Part shown: in pieces, positions 25,640 to 39,446 of the stretch | Position numbering within the stretch: position 1 is the first letter of the stretch | Layout: every line of letters begins with the position of its first letter | Notes under the pieces: generated by a model | The model's database searches: none | What the model was told of the DNA's origin: nothing | Seen by the model: the letters and a program-made list of their open reading frames with translations, nothing else | NCBI GenBank assembly: GCA_976551045.1 | Contig: CDPCPM010000125.1 | Location: 186,001-250,000 of the forward strand | Length of the DNA stretch: 64,000 bases | Origin: Glaucostegus cemiculus | Taxonomy: Eukaryota | Reading direction: 5' to 3' | Position numbers and translations under genes: made by a program

Positions 25640-26516
25640 GTACGTTTTGGAAGCTGCGACCAGTGATAACTTTCGGAATCTTCATCTGCACCACAAACCA
25701 ACGATATAGCCATCGACCTCTCTTCTGGATACAGTGAGCACGGCATCCTCCACCGAGTGAGCAGGCTACCTTGCAGCAATCGGGTTTCACTGACTGTAAA
25801 TCAATGGCTCAGTTTATAGAATTTACCCCAAGATGAATGAGAACCTATGCCGCTTGTCTCCGTCGCCCTCATCTTTAATCAGCTGCAGTTGCGAATCATG
25901 AGACTGTCGCTAAACAACAGAGACAATCGAAGGCGATTGCATCTTTGAAGGAAACAGGTTCACAGATTGAAAGACATGAAGGTTAAGAATTTGAAGATGA
26001 ATATTGTATGAAGGCAGAGAAGATATGATGAATGGATGCTTGGGGGCGTGGGATAAACAGCCACGCTGAACTCAAATCATCAATCATCATATATGTGTAT
26101 GTGGAGTAAAACGAATGGCTGTTCGTCTTTCGCTTTTGTTGGCAAAAAGTGATTTGGGACGTAATGAAATAAGGAAGAGTGAAACTTTCTCTAGCTACGG
26201 CGATTACAATCGACTGGAGAAAAGGAAAAATCTCTGACTGGACTGTGAATCGATGATTTTTGAGAACAGCCAGTCAGTGTCGAGATGAGGATGTGACTAG
26301 AGAGTGTTCTCCGACTGTGTTGATGAAAGAGCTAGTGATTGAGAAACAACCTGAGTCGGATTTTCATGGCAGGATGCTTTGCACTCGGGATGCTGTTCTC
26401 GCATGACCACTATTTTGCCCGAGGAACTGCCGGGAGGTGGAGAGAAATCCTTTTCTATGGTTGGCTGGAAATAAACGAAAGGCATTCTTGGTCAGCGTGC
26501 GTTGTACTTGTCAGGT

Positions 26517-26588
26517 TCCCTGGTGGTCTAGTGGTTAGGATTCGGCGCTCTCACCGCCGCGGCCCGGGTTCGATTCCCGGTCAGGGAA
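26517..26588 (+). tRNA. tRNA-Glu(CTC), intact
   Basis: Canonical vertebrate Glu-CTC sequence TCCCTGGTGG...CGCTCTCACC...GGTCAGGGAA; TTTT terminator. Confidence 0.94.
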
Positions 26589-27196
26589 GTATGTTTTGGA
26601 AGCTGCGACAAGTGATAACTTTCGGCAACTTCATCTGCATCACAAACCAGCGATATATCCATCAACCTCTCTTCTGGATACAGTGAGCACGGCATCCTCC
26701 AGCGACTGTGCAGGATACCTTGCAGGAATCGGGATTCCCTGACAGGAAATCAGTGGTCATTTATGGAATCTACCCAAGATGAATAACGTCCTATGCCAAT
26801 CGTATCCGTCGTCCTCATCTTTCAATCAGTCATCTGCAGTCGTTACCCTTTCGACAGTAGCTAAATAACAGAGTGAAGGGAACACGTTTGCATCTTGTAA
26901 GGAAACAGGTGCACAGATATAAAGAGTTGAGGGCTGAATATTGTCAGTTGGCAGCTTATAATTAATGGCTAACTTGTGGCGTGGGATCAACAGCTGCGGT
27001 GAACTCAAGATATGGTGATTGAGAAACAGCCTGATTCAGATTGTCATGGCAGGATGCTTTGCACTCGGGCTGCTGTTCTCGCAAGACCACTATTTTTCCC
27101 GAGGTACTGCTGGGAGGTGGATTGTAATCCTTTTCTATGGTTGGCTGGATATAAATGAAAGCCATTCTTGGTCTGCTTGCGTTGTATATGTCAGGT

Positions 27197-27268
27197 TCCC
27201 TAGTGGTCTAGTGGTTAGGATTCGGCGCTCTCACCACCGCGGCACGGGTTCGATACCCGGTCGGGGAA
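27197..27268 (+). pseudogene. tRNA-Glu(CTC) decayed copy
   Basis: About 5 stem differences. Confidence 0.75.
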
Positions 27269-27941
27269 GTGTGTTTTGGCAACTGGTACCAGTCAGGATT
27301 GAACTACAAGGAGCCATTGATCCACCGTCAGAGTTGATGACACAGGGATTCTGCCAGCAGAATGATCAAGGTATCTTCTTCTTTGTTGTGAAGCGCGCGG
27401 ACGGGCAAGCAAGTAATGGAAGGCGCAAGTCCAGTTGATTTTCATCCACTTTGACAAATCAAAACAGGCAACTATGAATGAGCTATGATGCCATCGAGTC
27501 ATCACCAGCGTACAGATTCCACTGGAATTACGGCTGATGAACTGGCGCATTTTGCCTGGGTTGTTTCGTTTGGACACTCTGCAGGCTGTTTCTGACTTCT
27601 GAGCTGATATCGAGAAAGATAGAGCCTTTTCATTATAAATACCGCTGTCCCCTTAGATTTCCTTCCAAGTCCATCGGAGGAAACCGCGGAGTCCCAAGCG
27701 ATCACAGGGAAAAAATGCACTCAGCACACATAAGCGGCAAACGTAACGCCAAATCGTCGGTGCTCTCGAACGGCTCAGTAGCAGTTCCTGTAGGCATACT
27801 GGTCTGAGGTCTGCTTGATTTCGGCGACTTCAGATCGGGGCAATTGGAGATTGTCAGGTGATGGCGTAGATCATTGAATAAACACATCTGTGCCCGTGGG
27901 TTTAAGAGAAGAAGCAGAGTTCATTAATTTCGCTTGTTGAA

Positions 27942-28013
27942 TCCCTGGTGGTCTAGTGGTTAGGATTCGGCGCTTTCACCCCCGCGTCCCGGGTTCGATT
28001 CCCGGTCAGGGAA
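27942..28013 (+). tRNA. tRNA-Glu(TTC), 2 differences, normal leader deleted
   Basis: Boxes intact; one anticodon-stem mismatch; upstream joins mid-D1 sequence. Confidence 0.6.
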
Positions 28014-28903
28014 GTATGTTTTGGAAGCTGTGACAAGTGATAACTTTCAGCAACTTCATCTGCACCACACACCAGCGATACAGTAATCGACCTCTCCTGG
28101 ATACAGTGAGCACGGCATCCTCCACCGAACGAGTAGGCTACCCTGTAGGAATCGGGCTTCCCTGACTGTACATAAGCGGCTCAGTTCATAGTATTTACCC
28201 CAAGATGAATAAGTTCCCATCCGACTCGTATCCGTTGCCCTCATCTTTAAATCAGTTAGCTGCGGTCGTGCCCCATTAGACAGTCGTTAAAGAACAGAAT
28301 CAATCAAAGGCGATTGCATCTTGGGAGGAAACAGTTGCACATTTTGAAAGACTTGAGGGATAACAATTAGAAGATGAAGATTGTAAGAAGCAGAGAAGAT
28401 ATCACAATTATGATGAATGGATGCTTGGGGGCGTGGGATAAACAGCCACGCTGAATTCAAATCATCAATCATCAGATATGTGTATGTGGCGTGAAAGGAA
28501 TGCCTGTCCTTCTTTCGTTTTTGTCAGCAAAAAGTGATGCGGACGTGATTAAAAAAAGGTAGAGTGAAATGTTGTCTAGCGGCGGAGTTTGCAATCATTT
28601 GGAGAAAAGGGAAAATCTCTGCTTGAAACGTGAATGCAAGATTTATGAGGACAGTTAGTCAGAGTCGAGATAAGGAATTGACAAGAGCAGGTTCTGTGAT
28701 TGTGTTTGGTTGAAGGACAGAGTGAATGAGGAACAGCCTGAGACACATTTTCATGGGAGGATTCTTAGCACTCGGGCTGCTGTCCTCGCACGGCAATTAT
28801 GTTGCACGAGGAACTGCTGGGATGTGGACAGCAAGCCGTCTGAATGGTTGCAAGGATATAAACGAAAGGCACTCTAGGTCAGTGTGCACTTCATTTGTCA
28901 GTT

Positions 28904-28975
28904 TCCCTGCTGGTCTAGTGGTTAGGATTCGGTGCCCTCACCACCGCGGCCCGGGTTCGATTCCCGGCCAGGGAA
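28904..28975 (+). pseudogene. tRNA-Glu(CTC) mildly decayed copy
   Basis: U33>C, acceptor mismatch; compensatory GGTG/CACC anticodon stem. Confidence 0.65.
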
Positions 28976-30083
28976 GTGTGTTTTGGCAACTGGAACTAGT
29001 CAGAATATTCGGAACAGGAGCCATTGCTTCACCGGCACATTTTATGACACAGAGCTTCTATCGGTGGAATGATCAACGGGAATTGCTTTTCGTTGTGAAG
29101 AGACGGACGCGCAATCAAGTAATAGAAGGCACAAGTCCAATTGATTTTCATCCACTTTGACAAATAAAAAACAGGCAATGATTGAAGCTATGAATGAGGT
29201 GTGATGCCAACAAGTCTTCGCAAGCGTGGAGATTCCACTGGAAGTACGGCTGATCAGCTGGCACATTTTGCCTGGGTTGTTTTACCTGGACACTCTGCAG
29301 GTTGTTTCCGACTCCTTAGTCGATATCTTCTAAGAGAGAGCCTTTTCACTGTGAATGACGCTGTCCCCTTAGAATGCCTTCCGAATCCATCGGAGGAAGC
29401 ACGAGTCCTAGGGGACCACAGGGCAATAATGCAAACAGCACCCATAAGCGGCACTTCAGTTCGGGACAATTGGAGATTATCAGACGATGGTGTACATCTT
29501 GTGCACGTTCATTGAATAAACATCATCTGTGCCCGTCAGGTCAAGATAACAAGCAAAATTCATAAATTGAGTTGTAGGGCATCTAGGGGAGAAGATAGAA
29601 AGTATAGCGAAAGGAAGATATTTGATTGTCGAAAGGTATCAGAATGGAATACGGGTATTTGAAATAGTACAGGAGAACGTGCCTGACATTTAGATGAAAG
29701 GAATCTATGGCGTTGTTTCAAGTGCTCATGTACAGAAATTATCACATCGATGAAGAAGGCAAAGTAAACGTGCTGATGAACTTGACGTGAAGCGGTCGAC
29801 AAAGGACTATTGCCTCAGTTGATTGTCAGTAGTAGTTGTTTTAGACGATATTGGCGACTGAGGATTCCAGCGAAGCAGCTTTGACCCTTGTTTATGTTCA
29901 GAATGGAGGTGTCTTCGCTTGCAGCTGGAGTGAAAAGATGAGATCAGTGTCCATTCGTATATAGTGAATTCCGCTGCCTGTCCGTCTGCTGGGACGTGAA
30001 GAGAAATCGAGTTTGAATACTTGGTGTCTGATTTCTTTGCTCGGCAAAGCAATCTCCGTGAGCTGTGGTAATTTCAGTCAGAA

Positions 30084-30155
30084 TCCCTGGTGGTCTAGTG
30101 GTTAGGATTCGGCGCTTTCCCTGTTGCAGCCCGCGTTCGGTTCTAGGTCAGGGAT
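30084..30155 (+). pseudogene. tRNA-Glu(TTC) decayed copy
   Basis: 5' half intact, 3' half heavily mutated. Confidence 0.85.
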
Positions 30156-31038
30156 GTAAGTTTTGGAAGCTATGACATGTGATAACTTTCGGAATCTTCA
30201 TCTGCAGCACTATCCAGCAATATATCAATCAACCTCTCTTCTGGATACAGTGAGCACGGCATCCTCCACTGAGTGAGCAGCGTTCCTTGCAGGAATCGGT
30301 CTTTCCTGACTGTAAATCAGTGTCTCAGTTTATAGAATTTACCCCAAGATACATAATGTCCTATGCCACATGTATTTGTCACCCTCATCTTTAATCAGCT
30401 GCAGTTGCGATTCATTAGACAGTTGCTAAAGACCAGAGTCAATCAAAGGCGAGTGCATCTTGTTTGAAACAGGTGCACAGATTGAAAGACTTTGGTGGTA
30501 ACAATTTGAAGATGAAGATTGTGTGAAGCAGAGAAGATATCACAATTATGATGAATGGATGATTGGGGGCGTGGGATAAACAGCCACGCTGAAATCAAAT
30601 CATCAATCATCAGATATGTGTATGTGGCGTGAAAGGAATGCCTGTCACTCTTTCGTATTTGTCAGAAAAAGTGATGTGCCCGTGATTGAACAAGGAAGAG
30701 TGAAATTTTCTCCAGCGATGGAGTACGTATTCGGTTGGTTATAAGGGAAAATCTCTGACTGAAATGTGAATGGAAGATTTTTGAGGTTAGTCAGTCAGTG
30801 TCGACATGAGGAATTGACAAGAGCAGGCTCAGTGACTATGTTTGGTTGAAGAAAGCGTGAATGAGGAACGGCCTGAAAGACATTTGCATGGAACGATGCT
30901 CTGCACGCAGACTGCTCTTCTCGCACGGCAATTATTTTGCCCGAGGAACTGCTGGATCGTGGACAGCAAGCCTTCTCAATGATTGCATGGATATAAAAGA
31001 AAGACATTGTAAGTCTGCATGCGTTTCATTTGTCAGTT

Positions 31039-31105
31039 TCCCTGGTGGCCTAGTGGTTTAGATTCCGCGATCTCTCCGCCGCGGCCCAGTTCGATTCCCG
31101 GCCAG
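31039..31105 (+). pseudogene. tRNA-Glu(CTC) decayed copy
   Basis: Deletions in the T arm and 3' acceptor strand. Confidence 0.85.
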
Positions 31106-32278
31106 TGTGTTTTGGCAACTGCAAACCAGTCAAAATCTTCCGACCAGGAGCCACTGGTCCACTCTCACATTTGCTGACACAGGGCCTCTGCTGGCAGAAT
31201 GATCAAGGCATCTTGCTCTTCGTTCTGACGCGCCCGCACGCGCGAGCAAATTATAGAAGGCACAAGTCCAGTTGATTTTCATCCACTTTGACAAATAAAA
31301 ACAGAAAACGATCGCAGCTATAATGTGATGCCAATGAGTCGTCACCAGCCTAGAGATTCCACGGGAAGTACGGGTGAGCAGCTGGCACATTTTGCCTGGG
31401 TTGTTTTGTCGGGGCACTCTGCAGGCTGTTTCCGACTCCTGAGCCGATATCTTGTAAGAGAGAGCCTTTCCACTCTAAATGACGCTATCCCCTTAGAATT
31501 CATTTCGAATCCATCGTAGGAAATCACGGAGTCCTAAGGGACCACAGGGCAATAATGCACACAGCACCCATAAGCGGCAAACGTAAGGCCAACGTCGATA
31601 TCCTCGAACGGTTGCGTGGCACTTCGTGTAGGCATGCCGTTCTGGGTCGTGCTTGATTTGGGCCACTTCAGTTCGGGGCTATTGGAGATTGTCAGATGCT
31701 GGCATACATCATGGAATAAACATCGTCTGTTCCCGTAAGTTTAAGACAACAGTCAAAATTCATATATTGTTGGACATCTCGGGAAGAAGGTAGAAAATAT
31801 AGCGGAAGAAGGATATTTGATTGCGGAAAGTTATCATAATGGGATTCGGCTATTTGAAATAGAACAGGAGAACGTGCCTGACATTCAGATGAAATGAATA
31901 CATGGCGGTGTTTCAACTGCGCATGTACAGAAGTTATCACAGCAATGAAGAAGGCAAATTAAACGTGCTGATGATCTTGATGTGAAGATGTGGGGAAGGG
32001 ACTATTGCCTCAGTTGCTTGTCAATTGTTGTTGTTTGAGACGATATTGGCGACTGAGGATTCCAGCGAAACAGCTTTGACCTTTGTGTATGTTGAGAATG
32101 GAGGTGTATTCGCTTGCAGCTGCAGTGAAAAGATAAGACCAGTGTCCTTTTGTATAGAGGGAATATAGCAGCTTGTACATCTGCTGGGACGTGAAGAGAA
32201 ATTGAGCTTGAATCCTAGGTTTCTGATTTGTTTACTCGGCAAAGCAATCTCCGTGAGCTGTGGTGATTTCAGTCAGAA

Positions 32279-32350
32279 TCCCCGGTGGTCTAGTGGTTAG
32301 GATTAGGCGCTTTCACCGCTGCGGGCCGGGTTCGATTCCCGGTCAGGGAA
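32279..32350 (+). pseudogene. tRNA-Glu(TTC) mildly decayed copy
   Basis: About 4 stem differences; boxes intact. Confidence 0.65.
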
Positions 32351-33233
32351 ATACGTTTTGGAAGCTGTGACGTGATAACTTTTGGAATCTTCATCTGCGC
32401 CACAAACCAGCAATATATCCATCAACCTCTCTTCTGGATGCAGTGAGCACGGCATCCTCCAGCGAGTGAACAGGCTACCTTGCAAGAATCGGGCTTTCCT
32501 GACTGTAAATCAGTGGCTCAGTTTATAGAATTTACCCCAAGATGAACAAGGTCCTATGCCACTTGTCTCCGTCGCCCTCATCTTTAATCAGTTGCATTTG
32601 CGACTCCTGAAGCTGTCGCTAAATAACAGAGTCAATCGAAGGGGATTGCATCTTTGAAGGAAACTGTTGCACAGATTGAAAGTCTTCAGGGTTAACAATT
32701 TGAGATGAAGATTGTAAGAAGCAGAGAACATATCACAATTATGATGAATGGATGCTTGGGGCGTGGGGATAAACAGCCACACTGAACTGAATTCATCAAT
32801 CATCAGATATGTGTATGTGGCGTGAAAAGGTATGCCTGTCCTTCTTTCATATTTGTCAGAAAAAATGATGTGGCTGTGATGCAGTAATGTAGAGTGAAAT
32901 GTTCTCTAGCGATGGAGTTTGTATTCGATTGGAGAAAAGGGGAAATCTCTGACTGCAGTGCGAATTCAAGATTTTTGAGGACAGCCAGTCAGTTTCGAGA
33001 TGAGCAATTGACAAGAGCAGGTTCCGTGATTGCATTTGTTTGAAGGAAAGAGTGAATGAGCAACAGTCTGAGACACATTTTCATGCCAGGATGCTTTGCA
33101 GTTGGGTTGCTGTCCTCACCCGGCAATTATGGTGTACGAGGAACTGTTGGGACGTGGACAGCAAGCCTTCTGAATGGTTGCAAGGATATAAACGAAAGGC
33201 ATTCTAGGTCTGCGTGCCTTTCATTTGTCTGTT

Positions 33234-33305
33234 TCCCTGGTGGTATAGTGGTTTGGATTCGGCGCACTCACCGCGGCGGCCCGGGTTGGATTCCCGACCA
33301 GGGAA
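33234..33305 (+). pseudogene. tRNA-Glu(CTC) decayed copy
   Basis: B box GGTTGGATT, U33>A. Confidence 0.8.
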
Positions 33306-34504
33306 GTGTGTTTTGCTAACTGGAACCAGTCAGAATGTTTGGATCAGTAGCCACTAGTTGACGGTCAGATTTGCTGACACAGGGTTTCTGCCTGCAGAAT
33401 GATCAATGTATCTTGCTCTTCGTTGTGAAGTGCCGGAAGCGCAAGCGAGTAATAGAAGGCACAAGGCCAGTTGATTTCCATCCACTTCAACAAGTAAAAG
33501 CAGGCAAAAACAGCAGCCATGAATGAGGTGTGATGCCATCGAGTGGTCGCCTGCGTAGAGATTCCACTGGAAGTACGGCTGATCAGCTGCACATTTTGCC
33601 TGGGTCTTTTTTTCGGGACACACTGTAGGCTGTTTCTCACTCCTGAGCCGATATCTTGTAAGATAGAGCCTTTTCACTGTAAATGACGCTTTCCCTTATT
33701 ATTTATTCCGAATTCATCGGAGGAAACGACGGAGTCCTTAGGGACCGCAGGGCAATAATGCAGACAGCACCCATAAACGGCAAAAGAAACCCCTACTCAT
33801 CGATGTTCTCGATCGGCTCGGCGACAATTCTTGCAGAAATGTTGGCCTGTGGTCCTGTTTGGTTTGGGCCACTTTAGTTAGGGACAATTGGCGATTGTCA
33901 GCTGATGGCGTACATCTTGTGCATGTGCAATGAATAAACGTCGTCTGTGCCCGTCAGGTTAAGACAACAAGCAAAATTCATAAATTAAGTTGTAGGACAT
34001 CTCGGGGAGAAGATACAAAGTATAGCGGAAGGAAGATATTTAAATGTTGAAAGGTATTATAATGGGATACGATTATTTGAAATGGAACAGAAGAACGTGC
34101 CTTACATTTAGATGAAAGGATTTCATGGCGTTGTTTCAAGTGCGTATGTTTAGAAGTTATCATAGCAACGAAGCAGGGAAAGTAAACGTGCTGATAATCT
34201 TGACGTGAGGATGTCGGAAAAGGACTATTGCCTCAGTTAATTGTCAATCTCATTTGGTTGAGACGATATTGGCGCGTGAGGATTACAGCGAAGCAGCTTT
34301 CAACCCTGTGTTTGTTGAGAATGGAGGTGTCTTCGCTTGCAGCTGGAGTGAAAAGATGAGATCAGTTCCATTTGCATAGAGTGAATTTAGCTGGCTGTAT
34401 GTCTACCTGGGACATGAATAGGAAATAATTTTGAATACTTTTTTTTTCTGTATTGTGAGCCAGGTAAACAGAATGCTGGTGAGCTGTGGTGATTCCTGTC
34501 AGAA

Positions 34505-34576
34505 TCCCTGGTGGTCTAGTGGTTAGAATTCGGCGCTTTCACCGCCACGGCCCGAGTGCGGTTCCCGTTCAGGGAT
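34505..34576 (+). pseudogene. tRNA-Glu(TTC) decayed copy
   Basis: B box destroyed (GAGTGCGGTT). Confidence 0.85.
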
Positions 34577-35795
34577 GTACGTTTTGGAAGTTGTGACAAG
34601 TGATAATATTCGGAATCTTCGTCTGCACAACAAATCAGCGATATTTCACTCAATGTCTCCTCTGGATACAGTGCGCACGGCATCCTTCACTGAGTGAACA
34701 GGCTGCCTTCAAGGAATCGGGCTTTCCTGACAGGAAATAAGTGGCCGAGTTGATAGAATTCACCCCAAGGTGAATAAGGTCCTCTGCCAGTCGTATCCTT
34801 CGCCCTCAACTTTAAATCAGTCAGCTGAAGTCGCGACCCATTAGACATTGGCTAAAGAACAGAGTCAATCGAAGGCGATTGCACCTTGGAAGGAAACAGC
34901 TTCACAGATTGAAAGACTTGAGGGCGAAGAATTTCAAGATGAATATTGTAAGAAAGCTGATAAGAGATCACAATTATGATGACTGGATGCTTGGGAGAGT
35001 GGGTTAAACAGCCACGGTGAACTCAAATCATCAATCATCAGATATGTGTATGTAGCGTGAAAGGAATGCCTGTGCGTCTTTCGTTTTTGTCAGCAAAAAG
35101 TGACGCGGACGTGATTAAAAAAAGGAAGAGTGAAATGTTCTCTCGCGACGGAGTTTGTATTCGATTGGAGAAAAGGGAAAATCTCTGAACCACCTTAGTT
35201 CGGGGCAATTGGAGATTGTCAGATGATGGCTTACGATTGAATAAACGTCGTCTGTGCCCGTCAGCTTAAGACAACAAGGAAATTTCATAAATTGAGTAAT
35301 AAGACTTCTCGGGGAGAAGATAGAAAGTATACCGGAAGAAAGATTTTTGATTGTCGAAGGTATCATAATGGGATACGGATATTTGAAATAAAACAGGAGA
35401 ACGTGCCTGTCGGTAAATTGAAAGGAATGCATTGCGTTGTTTCAAGTGCGCATGTAGCAGGGAAGAAGGCAGGACAAACGTGCTGATGATCTTGACGTGG
35501 AGATATGGGTGGCGGACTGTTTTCTCAGTTGATTGCCAATGGCAGTTGGTTGAACGTATATTGACGACTGAGGATCCCAGCGAATCAGCTTTGACCCCTG
35601 TGTATTATTGAAAATGGATGTGTCTTCGCTTGCAGCAGGAGTGAAAAGATGAGATCAGTGTCCATTTGCAGGGAGTGGATTTAGGTGCCTGTAAGTCTGC
35701 TGGGACGTGAAGAGGAAATGATTTGGAATTATTGTTTTCTGATTTGTGAGCTAGTCAAAGACAATGTTGGTGATCTGTGGTGATTTCAGTCAGAA

Positions 35796-35867
35796 TCCCT
35801 GATGGTCTAGAGGTTAGGGTTCATCGCTTTCACCGCCGTGGCCTGGGTTCGATTCCAGGTCAGGGAA
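35796..35867 (+). pseudogene. tRNA-Glu(TTC) decayed copy
   Basis: Anticodon stem disrupted (TTCATCGCTTTC). Confidence 0.8.
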
Positions 35868-36755
35868 GTATGTTTTGGAAGCTGTGACAAGTGATAATTT
35901 TCGGAAGCTTCGTCTGCACCACAATCCAGCGATATATCAATCAACCTCTCTTTTGGATACAGTATGCACGGCATCCTCACCGAGTGAGCAGTTTCCCTTG
36001 CAGGAACCGGGCATCCCAGAAAGGAAATCGATGGCTCAGTTGATAGAATTTTCCCCAAAGTGACTAAGTTAGTATGCCATTTGTATCCGTCGCCCTCATC
36101 TTTAAATCAGTCAGCTGCAGTCGCGACTCATGAGACTGTCGATAAATAACAGAGTCAATTGAAGGTTATTGCACCTTGGAAGGAAACAGGTGCACACGTT
36201 GAAAGACATGACAGTTCAGAATTTGAAGATGAAGATTTTAAGAAGGCAGAGAAGGTAACACAATTATAATGAATGGATGCCTGGTGGCGTGGTATAAACA
36301 GCCACGCTGAACTCAAATCATCAATCATCAGATGTGTGCATGTGGCGCGAAAGGAATGGTTGGACGTCTTTCCTTTTTGTCAGCAAAAGGTGATGCCGCT
36401 GTGATGAAAAAAGGAAGAGTGAAAGGTTCTCTAGCTACGGAGATTGCAATCGACTGGAGAAAAGGAAAAATCTCTGACTGGACTGTGAATCGAAGATAAT
36501 TGAGAACAGCCAGTCAGTGTCGAGATGAGAGTGTTACTAGAGCATGTTCTTTGACTGTGTTGATGAAAGATATAGTGATTGAGAATCAGCCTGAGGCACA
36601 TTGTCATGGCAGGATGCTTTTCACTCGGACTGATGTTCTCGCACGACCACTATTTTCCAGAGGAACCGTTGGGAGGTGGAGATGTAGCCTTTTCTATGGT
36701 TGGCTGGATATAAATGAAAGTTACTATTGGTCTGCGTGCGTTGTATTTGTAAGGT

Positions 36756-36827
36756 TCCTTGGTAGTCTAGTGGTTAGCATTCGGCGCTCTCACCGCCGCG
36801 GCCCGGGTTTGATTCCCAGCCAGGGAA
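36756..36827 (+). pseudogene. tRNA-Glu(CTC) decayed copy
   Basis: B box GGTTTGATT; other lesions. Confidence 0.8.
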
Positions 36828-37158
36828 GTGTGTTTTGGCAACTGCAACCTGTCAGAATCTAGGGAGCTAGCAGCCACTGGATCAGCATCAGATTGCTTGT
36901 CAATGTTTTTTTCTTGAGACGATATTGCCGACTCAGGATTCCAGCGGAACAGCTTTGACCCCTGTGTATGTTGAGAATGGAGGTTGTTTCGCTTGCAGCT
37001 TGAGTGAAAAGATGAGATCAGTTTCGATTTGGCTGGGGTGAATTCAGGTGCCCGTCCTTCTGCTGGGACATGATGAAAAAACCATTTTGAAATCTTGTTT
37101 ACTGATTTGTGAGCTAGGCAAAATGAATGTTGTTGAGCTGTTGTGAACTCAGTAAGAA

Positions 37159-37230
37159 TCCCTGGTTGTCTAGTGGTCAGGATTCAGCGACCTCACTGCC
37201 TCGGTCCGGGTTTGATTCCCGGCCAGGGAA
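37159..37230 (+). pseudogene. tRNA-Glu(CTC) decayed chimeric copy (TTC-type leader, D1 trailer)
   Basis: Leader ...CTCAGTAAGAA; many lesions. Confidence 0.8.
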
Positions 37231-38414
37231 GTGTGTTTTGGCAACTGGAAACAGTCTGAAACTTCGCGACAGGGGCCACTGGTGCATTGTCAGATTCTCT
37301 GACACAGGACGTCTGCCAGCCGATTATCAAGGCATATTCCTCTTCGTTGTGAAGTGCCCGGACGTGCTACCAAATAATAGAAGGGAAAAGTGCAGTTGAT
37401 TTTAATCCACATTGACAAATAGAAATAGGACCACGACAGCAGTTATGAATGAGGAGTGATGCTAACGAGACGTCGCCAGTGTAGACATTCCACTGGAAGT
37501 ACGGCTGATCAGCTGGCACATTTTGCCTGGGATGTTTTGTCGGGACCTCTGCAGGCTGTTTCCGACTCCTGAGCCGATCTATCTTGTTAGAGAGTGCCTT
37601 TTCACTGTAAATGACGTTGTCCCCTTAGAACGCCTTCCGACTCCATCGGTTGAATCCAGAGTCCTCAGGGAACACAGGGCAATAATGCACATAGCACATA
37701 TAAGCAGCCAACGTAAGGCCAACTCGACCATGTTATCGAACGGCTCAGCGGCTATTCCTGTAGGCATGCCGGCCTGGGGCCTGCTTGATTTCGGCTACTT
37801 CATGTTCGGGGCAATTGGAGACTGTCAGATGATGGCGTACATCATTGAATAAGCATCGGCTGTGTCCGTAAGTTTAAGATAACAAGCAAAATTCATAAAT
37901 TGAATTGTAGGACATCTCGGGGAGAAGATAGAATGTATAGCGGAAGAAGGATATTTGATTGCTGAAAGGTATCATAATGGGATACGGCTATTTGAATTAG
38001 AACAGGAGAACGTGCCTGTCAGTAAGATGAAAGGAATGCATGGCGTTGTTTCAAGTGCGCATGTACAGAAGGTATTGCAGCAGCGAAGAAGGTAGGGCAA
38101 ACTTGCTGATGATCTTGAGGTAAAGATATGGTTCGAGGCATATTTTCTCGTTGATTGTCAATAGTAGTTGGTTGAGACGATATTGGCGACTGAGGGTTCA
38201 GCGAAGCAGCTTCGACCCTTGTGTATGTTGAGAATGGAGGTGTCTTCGCTTGCAACTGCAGTGAAAAGATAAGATCAGTGTCCATTTGCATAAAGTGAAT
38301 TTAGTTGCCTGTATTCTGCTGGGATGTGAAAAGGAAATAATTTTGAATACTTGTCTTCTGATTTGTGAGCTAGGCAAAGAGAAATTTGGGGAGCTGTGAT
38401 GATTTCAGTCAGAG

Positions 38415-38486
38415 TCCCTGGTGGTCTAGTGGTTAGGATTCGGCGCTTTCACCGCCGTGGCCTGGGTTCGATTCCCGGTCAGGGAA
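38415..38486 (+). tRNA. tRNA-Glu(TTC), near-intact
   Basis: 2 C>T differences; boxes intact; TTTT terminator. Confidence 0.78.
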
Positions 38487-39374
38487 GTATGTTTTGGAAG
38501 CTGTGACAAGTGATATGTTTCGGAATCTTCTCCTGCACCTCAAACCAGCGATACATCAGTCAACCTCTCTTCGCGATACCGTAAGCACGGCATCCTCTAC
38601 CGACTGAGCAGGCTAACTTGCAGGAATCGGGTTTCCCGGACAGGAAATCAGTGGCTGAGTTGATAGAATTTACCCCAAGATGAATAAGCTCCTATGCAAC
38701 TCGTATCCGTCGCCCTCATCTTTCAATCAGTCCACTGCAGTCTCAACCCATTAGACCGTCGCTAAAGAACAGAGTTAATCGAAGGTGGTTGCATCTTGGA
38801 AGGAAACAGGTGCACAGATTGAAAGACTTGAGAGTGAATAATTTCAAGATGAATATATTAAGAAGGCTGCTAAGTTATCACAATTGTGATGAATGTATGT
38901 TTGGGGGCGTGGGATAAACAGCTACGGTGAACTCAAGTCATCAATCATCAGATATGTGTATGTGGCGTGAAAGGCATGCCTGTCCTTCTTTCGTTTCTGT
39001 CAGCAAAAAGTGATGCTGACGTGATTAAAAAAAAGTAGAATGAAATGTTTTCTCGCGACGGAGTTTGTATTCGATTGGAGAAAAGGGAAAATCTCTGATT
39101 GGAATGTGAATGCATGATTTTTGAGGACAGCCAGTCAGTGTCGAAATGAGGAATTGACAAGGGCAGCTTCCGTGACTGTGTTTGGTTGATGGAAAGAGAG
39201 AAAGAGGAACAGCCCGAGACACATTTTCACGAGGGGATGCTTTGCACTCGGGCTGCTGTCCTCTCTGGCAATTTTGTTGCACGAGGAACTGCAGGGACGT
39301 GAACAGCCTTCTCAATGTTTTCATGGATATAAACGAAAGGCATTCTAGTTCTGCGTGCGTGTCACTTCTCAGTT

Positions 39375-39446
39375 TCCCTGGTGGTCTAGTGGTTAGAATT
39401 CGGCGCTCTCACCGCGGCGACATGGGTTCGATCCCCGGCCAGGGAA
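39375..39446 (+). pseudogene. tRNA-Glu(CTC) decayed copy
   Basis: T-stem and variable region mutated (GCGACATGGG). Confidence 0.8.
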
